DNA of 64,000 nt from Botryllus schlosseri (Eukaryota), in assembly GCA_051294905.1 (NCBI GenBank), contig CM119378.1, positions 1,054,001 to 1,118,000 of the forward strand, in the 5' to 3' direction. This document shows positions 53,271 through 64,000 of this stretch, in pieces (the stretch's first letter is position 1; every line of letters starts with the position of its first letter). The notes beneath the pieces were generated by a model. The model saw nothing but the letters and a program-made list of their open reading frames with translations, searched no databases and was not told the origin of the DNA. The translations under genes and the position numbers were made by a program.

Positions 53271-55948
53271 CCGGGCATGAAATAGCCCTCAGTATAATGC
53301 ACTATATCTAAAACCGAAAGACGGCAACCAATCGCGCGTGGGTGACTGGGTGTGTGAATGTTCGAATGAACTTTTGTTACCCGGCAAAATGAGAAACGTT
53401 ACCACATGGAATGGGAACGATATGACTTGACTATCGTATACTTATTAATGAATGTCATTTTTGAGCAAAGTATCATTTGTTAAATAATGTTAGGATTATT
53501 AGCTCCAACTCTGTGCAAGTTTGCATGCTCTCGTATATGGTCATTGGTCATTGGTCATGTCATACATATCCTATCCACACGAGTATATTCATTCAACTAA
53601 CTGCGTGTATCAGACTCAATTTAGCAATTGTGCAATGTGCATTGTGTGTCTTGAGCGGTCGAAAATAATGCAAGCCGCTAATTAAAATTAGCAATCAATA
53701 TACATACGCACAATCTGTATCATAAATTTTGTGAGCATTGCTCTATGATCATACAGAAAAGGGGGCTGATAAGAGAATGCATGACTCGAGTGAACTATTG
53801 CCGCTTAAAAACAGATCAGAATCGAATCAACATATTAGGCATCACAGCGTCATGTTCAATGAAACCAATAAAAATATGCCTTATTGTTGCTTTTCTGATT
53901 GTTAAACTGTAGCACAAGGTGCAGGGTGACTGATATGTTGCAGAAGCTATCCGACCATAATAAATTCAAAATTTCAATTGGCTCTGCGGCGGCTTATTAT
54001 ACTTGTTAGAATTGAACCAAATTTGGTGTGCAGCGTTTTTCAGGGTAACCTGACAATTTAATCAGGAAATGGCTAGAATCTGAAAAAAAAGTTAATTTTG
54101 AACAACCCTGGTGTACACTGTACGTACAACATTGCGTTGATTCAGAGACCCAACAGTGGGACAATTAGAATTTTTCAGCATTTCCAATTCGAATTAGAAT
54201 TATGGCTTCACATTTGTTCCAAATTTGATTACAATTATAGTTCCGAATTCCCCAAAATTTGTAAATTGAATTCAATTCCGAGCTTGTAAGAAATTCTCAT
54301 AGGCATGGGTGGGTACTGGGTATGTACTGCTGTAATGACCCTGTTTTGCTCCACCTACGCATTACTTCATGGGCTCTCGCATTTAAATAGAGCATCAAGA
54401 CGAATCCAAGATTTCGCATAACTGACGAAATTTTTGTGAATAGCTTAACCACAACAATTATCAACCAGACTACAAAGCCATCATGAATACCATACAAGAC
54501 CAAAAGACGCATTAACTGTACAAATCGTGTAAATAGTAGATTCATAATTTGACTACATGTCTACTCTGCTGGAAATCCAATTGTTAATTGTCTTATGCTT
54601 CGAAAAATATCATATGCCTCGCAGTATAATACAATTAAAAAGGTCTCTGTTACTTAAGTTTCGCATGCTCAAATGAGGAAACCAGGATGATTAGTACGAG
54701 TTTTACAGAGAAAATATGGCGCACACGACGAATCCCATGTAGTGAGTTCGAATAAGGGCTACCATGACGTCACAAATTTTCAATTGTGACATGGTAGTTG
54801 ATTGACTTGTATGGCTCTTTGGGAGTTAAAATGGAAAAATCTAGGGCCAAAATGGCTCTTCGACCGAAAAAGGTTCCCGGCCTCTGATTTATGTACATGT
54901 ACAGTTAAGGAGAAAAGAGTCTCTGTCGCTGCTGTATTTAGTGATGTAATGCCATGAAACGCATCGACCCCTCCGTTGTTTTAGTTGCATAGTACTCGAC
55001 ATCAGTGGTCATTAAACCGGTCTCGACATTTTCCTTCAGCTCTTTCTACCGACTTGCAAAGCGATAGATTTACCCTACCACTTTATTGAGACTGGTGGTG
55101 GAATGTGTGCGTCATGAATCACGATTCTGCAATTATATAGCAAAGGTGTTATGCGAAGTTTATTGCAAAGATTAAAGCATAAATTGCCACATGGCAAAAC
55201 AGCAATACAACAACAAAAGTCGATCTCTCTCTCCACGGTCACATGTGATCTGCCGGCCATTTGTACACGTCCACGTCCGATATTCGGCGATACTCAGCGT
55301 GCGATACTCAGCGGCCGAGGCAACACGTTAGCATGAGCTGCACAAAGGCACAGGTGTGCGACACGCCGGTGAAATGCGGACGCAGAGCAGGAGTGCGTTT
55401 CATAGAGTCATTTATAGCCTATCTAGCCCAGGGTCGCTAACTCCAAGCGGGTCGCGGCTCGCAGGCCGCTTTTCAAATTTCGTAGCGGCCGCTGGCCACA
55501 CATTGCGAACCATGTCAGTACAACGCTGTGCTCTCTAACGTTGGCGACGGACATACACTTTCCACAACAGAAATAATACTTTATTTAAGAAATACACGTC
55601 ACAATTGAATATTCGTGACGTCATGGCGTTGAAAAATACATGTTTTAAACAAGGGTCTTGTTTTAAACATGTTTTTTTTTAATTGATTTTTGTTTTAAAT
55701 GCAACCCTAGAAAGCCCCAAGTTATTTTCTAATCGTCTCGGTCTTGGCAGTGTCTGGATTATTGCACGTCAAGGCAATATACCCGTTCATATCAGTTAAT
55801 TCTTCCTCCATGGAATGCTTACCATCGCAGAAGCATTATCAGCTAGTGAGGAATAGTGATGTTGGGCGCATGAGAATAGCTTATTTTGAACAACTGCAAC
55901 AATATTTTGAACCTTTAATGATCAATTTCATTCTTCCGAAGTCTCAAA

Positions 55949-57492
55949 CAGAGGTGGTCCGGTCAGTAACGACGTACTTCTACTTTTTCGAAGTACTGAA
56001 GTAATTTTCCATTACTTCTGGTACTTACTCAAGTAAATATAATTTCCGCAACTTCTACTTCGTAGTATATTTTAATTTACTTACTTACTTCTCGCTATTT
56101 TGAGTTTGTCAAGTAGAAATATTTGTTCCTCCAATTAGAAAGAGAGAGAGAGACTGAGAAACTTCGGGGCCGTTTTCACGGAGTATCAACAAGAATTTAA
56201 TATTCACAAAATTCAGAGTCCAGTTCAAAGTCCAGAATTTTCGTCGCGCTTTACGTAAAGTAGAGGATGACAATTATGTTTTCACATAAGTATCGGTGAA
56301 TATAATTTATTTAGTGGGGTATGCGTGGTTCCGTTCGAATCGCATCGTCGCCCATATGACATGCATCATCGCAGTAAATAAGTCGCATCAAAACGTTTGT
56401 AACAACCGTTTCGCAATCTCCCATCTACCTATCGTATCGTAATTAGGGCTGGGCAAAATGATTCGAGTACTCGAATCTGAATCGAGTATTAATTTTAATG
56501 ATTCGAGTCGAGTAGTAAAAGACATTTTTTTCGAGTACTGAAATTATACGCTCCTCGTCGCTGGAAGTTAATTTATCAATAAGAATTGTAGTTTTGATCC
56601 TATTTTCCACTGAGGAAGCCTTGAAACCTTGATTGGCCGTGTTGCAGCAAACGAGACATAGTACAAAGCTACGAACGGTACTGGAAATAACACATTTCCG
56701 AAGTCATGATCATCCCACAACGTTGTCAAGAAGTGCAATGAAATATCACTATGGTCGAAAAAACACGGAAGTATCTTTAATGTGACGACTAACAGGCATT
56801 ATGTTCCTTGTGGTAGCATAAAAGGTACATATTTGAACTCTGACATAGTACATTCTGTTGTGACGGCATAATGACTGATACTCGAATACTCGACTCGAAG
56901 CGTAATACGTGATTCAGAATCGAATCACTCAGGTACTCGATTTTGTCCAGACCTAATCGTAATCTAATAGCAGCATATCGCGAGTCCTATTTTTTTGGAA
57001 AAGTGATCTCTGAATATTTCCTAGCGTTAGACCTGTTCCGGAAATAGAATTACAGTATATGCCATTTTACGATCCGCACAAAATGTATCCGATACAATGT
57101 CATGCCATCGCCATTTTCTGAAACAGGGCGTTCGAGTAAACAAAAGATTAGAATCACTTTTCCACAGCAAAACTATCTTTTGCATCCTATGATGCTGTCG
57201 CATGCTTATATTGTGTCTAACACCTCTTAGGATGTAAAAATATGAATCAAGATCTCTACACCTTCCGTACAGATCAATTTGCAGCTTTTGACATTCCATG
57301 CAAACGTATTATAAGTATTTTAACAACTACTTACTTACTTGAGTAGATTTAAAAGCAGCCAATTCTACTTATACTTGAAGTAGTTTTAGATTCATTTTAA
57401 AAGTACTACTTCTACTTGTAATTGAGTAGATTTTCGCGTCGCTACTTCTACTTCTGCTTGAGTAGCTTTCTTGACTACTTTGACCACCTCTG
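55949..57492. mobile_element. hAT-like MITE containing a nested MITE
   Basis: CAGAGGTGGTC...GACCACCTCTG with TSD GTCTCAAA/GTGTCAAA. Confidence 0.8.
56444..56955. mobile_element. hAT-like MITE
   Basis: TAGGGCTGGGCAAAAT...ATTTTGTCCAGACCTA with 8-bp TSD ATCGTAAT. Confidence 0.88.
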
Positions 57493-60400
57493 GTGTCAAA
57501 TCAGGTCGAGGGTCACAAAATATAACCTCGTGGTGACACCTTATACTATAGATAACTAACCTACGTAGGTTAGTTACCTACTTGTACAGCCCGTTCATCA
57601 AATAAGTTGCACAGCCCTGAGTTATAGTCTCTGTAACACAAGCATACCCCATACAACCATCACTGCAGTAAACAATTTATTTGATGTGATGAGTGTGTGA
57701 TACATGGACTGTATAAATCTGTTCTACATTTCGACTACAGTACAACAATAAATCACAACTTCGTTCGAATTGATGGCTACAAAGTTGTTTGGTGCCGTTC
57801 CGTGCATAATGAATGTATTGTACCTCAAGACTACTCAGCCGTAAAACTCTACATTTTCACAGTTAAATATAGTTTAGCCCTTATCGCGGCTATCCGCCGA
57901 AGAATGCGGCAATACCTATTTGACGTGAATATGTCCTTGATTACCAACATCCGATGACCGCCATCTACCGGTAAAAAATCCACGATCACTAAAAACTCTT
58001 GCGAAAAGAAGTAGAACTATTGAGGCTGTAGTGTAGACTTTACGATTATGTAGATAGATTGCTAACCATAAAAGTTCGCAACTCCAGTCGCCGCACTTAG
58101 CTAAGCAGTATAACTTACTGCTGTACAGCTCATCCCAAAAGCAGCATTTTTGGCAATCCCGGGGATGGAGACCCCAGCACAAAATTTATCTAAGTTGGTT
58201 TTAATCGAAAACTACCGTCGCATTGATTACGAAAATATAAATTAAAATCTGGTCAGGGCACTGCAACCCCTCACATATCGCCCTGAAAGCCCGAAATCTG
58301 CACTGTCCCGAACAATCGTTGCGCCGCAACACAGTGACCTATTGTGTCACTCAAGTAAGTGGAACAGCATCCCGCCGGCTACCCGACAGCATTCGATCAT
58401 GTCCAGTCCACAGTCAAATCGAAATACAAGCAATTTCTACTGAATATCTACAAGTCTGCACCCTAAATTCCCGGGATTTTACTATACTTGGTACCGGCAT
58501 TGTTCTGAACAATCGCTTGGCGAAATTGGCCATTGTTATGTTCATATTGTTGCGGTGGTGCCATTGTTGGAACAATGCCGATTTTCAGATTTTGAGGGCT
58601 GTTTTGAGGTGGTTCCATATCCCCGACAAGATTTTAATTTGTATTTTCGGAATCAGTGAGGCAGTAGCTCTCGATTAAGACCAGTTTCATTATATTTCAG
58701 CCCTCGGGTCGCAAGCTATAACTCCACCAATTATGCTGCTTTAGATTGCACAGCAACAAGTATAACTGCTTGTCGGAGCGTAACGACGGGACTTGCGTAT
58801 CTGTCCGTAGGTTAGTAATCTGTAGCCATATAGTCCAATTTAATCTTGAAATGGTGCGATTTGTTCAGATGTAACTGCAGAAATGAGCGTATGTCGCGTC
58901 CTTCAGCAGAAACCCACATTTTACCAAATATACAAAATAAGTTCAAATTAGATATTTGTGCGGTGATCACCCAGTCTGTCCGTCGTCGATCAAATATATA
59001 GTGGAGTATATAGAAGGTTCCCCTTCAAACGAATCGAATCGAATATTTGAGAACTCAATTCAACGTCGTGCACATACAATTGCGCGACAATTGTTGGCTA
59101 TGCGGACTATAATAGCAATCTGCGCTGCTTCGTGCATTTCCCTATTTACGTTAGCAAATCGTTACTGGAGTAAACGATCGTGCGCTTGAATGAATTTGAA
59201 TTCATAGGCCAAAACAATAACACGCTATCCAATTTGGCGCTACGATTAAAAAACTATCAGACTATCAAACTATCGTCCAATTCAGAAAGAAGACAATGTT
59301 TCTCGGCGTGCGGCATGCGCGTCTCTAAATCAACATGTGCAGCAATGTCATGGTTATATCCTATGGTTGGGTTACCATACGTCCTCCTTTTTAGTCAACC
59401 AACCATAATATCGTGGAAAATTTACCGTTTTTCCGGATTTTACTCCAGTATTGTAAGTTTGAAAATTTTGAAAAAGTGTCCTCCTTTCCCGATTCCAAAA
59501 TATCCTACCCTATGGCGTCGCTTATATATTCGTCCCAATACTAATTAGGTATATTGCTCATCTCACTTGAGCATCAATCCCGTTTTGTGACATGCATGGT
59601 TTTCATTATTTTTCGAGCCACACATTCGGCCATCGGTGTTGTGCTGATTACGAATTTGAGGATATACCTAATACACTACAACAACAACAACAACAACAAC
59701 AATCATTGGGGTTATAATTTTCATCCGAACAAGTTACACACAATGTACAATGCGATAAGTCACAATGCAATGTAACGAACAGATAGGAGGACGTCGAACG
59801 ACACGCGTCAGTAGAGATCCTTTACTCTAACATCCACCTCGGCCTATAGAGTGCCCGATGTCACGCAGTTCTTTTCGGTGTTGATCTTTTTATTGAAGCC
59901 GTGGTCCTTTTTATTAGTTCTTTCCATTCCTTGTGAGTGCTTTCTTTCTTCGGTTCTTTTTTCTGGGCTTTTTTGTGCGGGGGAAGAGGAGCTTAACGTT
60001 ACCACTACGCTATCTCCCCCGGATTACGGAGTAAGCGCGGCAAATCAAGCCTACCCCGGTTTGGCGCATGTGTCTAAACAATTAAACATGGTTACTGGTT
60101 ACTTAGAAAAGGTGGTGCCAACGATGCAACAATTCTCAATTTTTTGAACGATTATCGTAAAATTATGTGAATTCAGCCATCTGTAAAAGCATATAGCATG
60201 AAATACATCGGAGCCGGAGCTACTGTTCATAGAACCGGCTCCGCCAGCTCCGTCCCCGCGGTTCCTCTTGAATTTTATGTAGAGCTCCGGCTCAAGCTCC
60301 GGCTTCGCTGAAAATGCACGGCTCCGGGGCGCCGGCTCCTTGCTCCGGCTCCGGCTCCAAAGCCCTGGCTTGGACCAAAGTGTTCAACCAGGAAAAGATC

Positions 60401-62246
60401 TGCTGTTCTCGGCTGAAGGTTTGGGGGCCAGAGAGGCTTTCGAAATTTTTGATCCATCGGTCCCATATTTCCCTAATTCCATCGTCCGGACCATATTTTG
60501 CGGTGGTAGTTTTGCTTTAGTAGGCCTACACTGCGTACTGCTTATGATTATGAAGCCCGAAACGCACGAACGTCATGTGTACGATTTTCACACTTTCAAA
60601 TGCTCCAAAACAACACATTGCGTCATCGCGGATGATAAAGTGAGTATAAGTATAGATAAAAAAAAAGTTATGTTATTGTTAACCCGTAGGTTAGTTATCG
60701 GCAGTATAAGTTTGTTCACGATTCCGCAGGCTGTCGCTGCCGAGAATCAAGATCTAGTTTCGCCCGAAACCAAGCTCATATTTCAGATTCCTAAAACCGA
60801 ACTTTGCGGGTAGTAACGTCTGTGACCGTCACGGTGTGACGCGGGATATTCACGCTTTCTCTCCTTTTCTACGTTTTGCAGTAAGTCGTTTTCTTCGCTG
60901 CAGCCCGCGGTATGCCGCGAATGTGGCAAATCGAGTGAAAATAATCTCGAGCGTATATAAGGGTTGACCGAACTGCCGCTCTTTTAGTCTTTCATCGTGG
61001 CTGTTTAATGACCACACCAAGCATGCATTTCCCTATCTTGTTACGCCAAATTTGTATTATAGTGTTTATGGGGTTTTCAGAAAAATTTGAAAAAAATGGA
61101 ATGTTTTAACTAAATCCAAAATTTTATACTTTGCATCTACAAGTCAGCCAAGTTTGATGTTCATGGTGCTTTTAGAAAACCGAACAATTTCACGGGCTCG
61201 CATGTAAAATTTTAAAAATGGTTGTCTTTTATTAGCAACCGTCTTGTCCACGGAATTTCGGAATACCGAGCATGCATCGGAACTGCGTATACGATATTTG
61301 CAATCGAGTTCTTAGTTGTTGTTGTTGTTGTTGTTTGTGCTATTCATGGTGTTTTTCGGCTACAATGGTCAATTGGTCATTTACACAAGGCCGATATTCT
61401 TTCTTTGATCCATAGCTTCCAACCGTAGCGCGGTCCACTTCTAGGCTTTCAAGGCCTCGCTTATATGCCGGACCTGACGAGTGGAACGGTATCCCGTCGG
61501 CCATCCAACAGTCGACGAGCATGTCCGTCCACATTCAAGTCGAAATATAAGCAATTTATACTAAATGAATACTAGTCGATCCTCAAGATTACCGGACCAC
61601 GACCTGACCTATCGATCTCGCCTTCCGTGACATGCCACCCCATTTTTGTCGCTTGCTTTTCTATACTATCTTCTTTTACTTTTCATTCAGTGTGCATGCC
61701 TCCTCTTTACATCGCCTAGGCCACGGTGGGTGTCTGATTCCAAAGACTCCAAGTCGTTTCGACACACTCCTATCTTTTCATTGTATCGCAATATTTGTGG
61801 TGTAACTGACAAAAATTGCTAACATACCGAACCGAACCAAACCGAGCCGCTTACGTGGATCAGTTGCCGAGGAGGAGCCAACATTAACCTACAACACTTT
61901 ATGGATTCTGGAGTCGACTTCGTAAAGCGTAAAATAGAACACTATGCAGTACAAATCTACTATTACCAAACATGCAGACTCGGATGGATGGATGAATAAA
62001 TATGTATTTCGTAAAGACAGTCATAAATTATGGTGCAGCCAGAAAGACATTGGGAAAGAGGGAAAATAAAACAGTAGTCGAACTGTGACGAAGCAAACAA
62101 AACATGACGTGTAGTCATCCTAAAACTGAGCGAACGAGGAATGCAAGTTGAGAAACTTTCTTCTCTTTCTGCGCATAAACGATCAAAAAGGATGAGAAAA
62201 TGAATAATATCGTTCTGATGTATGAAAACTCTGTTTTGAACTAGAC

Positions 62247-62753
62247 CAGTGGTTTTCAGAGTGCGTGAATTTGAGAAACAGAGGACGAAATTGACGAATG
62301 GGGGGGGGGGTCAAATATAACATTCTGTCAATTTATTTAATTGACAGTCTGGTTTTCTGCCGGGTTCAATGTATAATCGAACTCGACTGATGTAGAATGA
62401 AAATCGACTCAATGCTCGACTCATCCTAGCCCGCGAAATGTGACAAGGATCAAATCGGGGAAAATTTACTTCAAATTACAGAAATTGAACTTATTTACGA
62501 ATACTCTTAGCTTTGTAGCAGCGTGTTGTTGTAGTCAATAAAAAAACTACTTTTTCACTTGCCAAAATTAAGTAGCCTATCAGTATCAAAATCCGTTAAA
62601 TCAGACGTGGCGTACCAAACTCGAGTAATTGAAACAAATGTAGAACTAAAGTAGCCTACTACGGAAAAATAGTACTTCGATACTGATCACCTCAATAAAG
62701 ATTTGTCGAGTTTGATAAAGGGGCGATGAGACAAAATAGTGTGGGAACCACTG
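62247..62753. mobile_element. Probable hAT (Charlie-like) MITE
   Basis: CAGTGGTT...AACCACTG termini flanked by CTAGA-containing imperfect 8-mers. Confidence 0.6.
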
Positions 62754-62884
62754 GCCTAGATTATACGACATTTTGATAACTTGACCAAAATCAGAAGTTT
62801 CAGCCGAGACGCATTGTCGCGCTGGCGGGCCTCTCGATGCAATCACTAGACGCAGTGAGGTCACTCACACAGAAGACATGCACG

Positions 62885-63810
62885 TTATAAGTTCATAGTC
62901 GAAGGTATTATACACGTGCACCCGGTGATGACGTTGTACTTCATTTTCTTTCCGTTCTTACGAACAATGATCGATGCGGTCATGTTGTGCGATACCAGGC
63001 TGTGATCTGGAGACATCATGGCCAGATCGAAGCAATGCTCACACAGACAGGCTTGATGGATGATAACCCGCGGATGTCTGTAACGTAAAACATTACACAT
63101 TAAACATTACAGATCTAAGTACACATCTAAAATATTACTATAGATTACTGGCGCGCATAATATACAGTGTTTTTTAGAGAGTTTTAAAAGAACTGAGCCA
63201 TGTATGATTTTCACAAACCGCGAAAACATTATAATGAATATTCATTGCAAATCAGTGTAGCTTCTGCTGTTCCTTTTCAGAAACCAGTTTGAAAGGCGAG
63301 GTTTCACTTGAGAAAGTGTCATCGTATTGTACTGTCGAAGCGCAGAAGCATGATAACAATTGCATAAATTCAAATGAGATAATATACTGGAGATAAAATC
63401 AGCATTACAGAATAGCGGGGTTTCGATTCCGAACCTCAACCTCCCCTGCGTACGTCATTGCACAATAGTCACAATTCGACTATTGATCGCGCGTAATTGC
63501 CTGCACACCATGATGACCAAGACAGGCGACCGAGCGTGTTATCACGAACTATATGTGCGAGTTGGGTGCGTGTCTTGAGTCTTGACGTCTAGCGCGCGGA
63601 ACCTCGGTTAAGATCTAAATTATAAATCCCACAAGAGCGACTCACCTTGTCGGGTCGAAGTCAACGATTGGTCCGGACGGCGAGATGCTCCTTGATTTCA
63701 GGTCGTCAGATCCGGAAAAATATTCGTCGAAATCCGGGCATCGACGCGACCCCGAATTAAGCTGATTTTCGAGCCTCTGAACTTGTTCGCCGGTGAACGA
63801 GTGCGATTGC
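62885..63810 (-). CDS. IL17: Second IL-17-like gene (partial); exons 63810-63646 and 63077-62885, first exon presumably beyond the window
   Basis: RRCPDFDEY...RSISPSGPIVDFDPTR|HPRVIIHQACLCEHC...VITGCTCI, with the same intron position and phase as the 52-53 kb paralogue. Confidence 0.85.
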
Positions 63811-64000
63811 CTGCGATAAAATGAGATTTTGATTAGCGGGAGCAGTGGTTTATAACCGAGCATGGTTATAAACAATAGTTTCTCTGGATTATTACAGCGA
63901 ATGGGATTAGGCAATACGATACACTGATTGGGAAGAACTTCAAAGCTGATCAACAACTCCATCAAATGGTGGGAAGATTTAGCGTTTCATGTCCTGTCCA

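Noticed and set aside
59975..60025. tRNA-like 5' half (GGGGAGATAGCGTAGTGGTAACG, minus strand)
   Set aside because: It is only A-box-like, with no T-arm/B-box or cloverleaf.

Overview
AT-rich invertebrate animal genomic DNA (spliceosomal GT-AG introns; a tunicate-like or other marine invertebrate origin is plausible but cannot be fixed from sequence). I assembled these genes by hand: a CRTAP/P3H4-like gene with an intronless CDS (+), a 10-exon L2HGDH (-), a head-to-head KATNBL1-like gene that the ORF track largely misses (+), a 3-exon ZDHHC22/24-like palmitoyltransferase (-), intronless-CDS ACK1/TNK2 (-) and NRAMP/SLC11 (+), and two tandem IL-17-like cytokine genes (-). Introns and intergenic DNA are dense with non-autonomous DNA transposons (8-bp TSDs, nested up to four deep), satellite-bearing foldback elements and a 5'-truncated R4/Dong-type LINE in (TAA)n. 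The most striking signal is a dispersed family of Penelope-like retroelement 3' ends. They carry a GIY-YIG C-terminal remnant, inverted pseudo-LTRs, 11-bp TSDs and a minimal type-I hammerhead ribozyme with a 1-bp stem II, a 7-nt loop-2 pseudoknot and a palindromic stem III. A sequence-unrelated second motif at 47.7 kb has the same geometry with fully covarying pairs.
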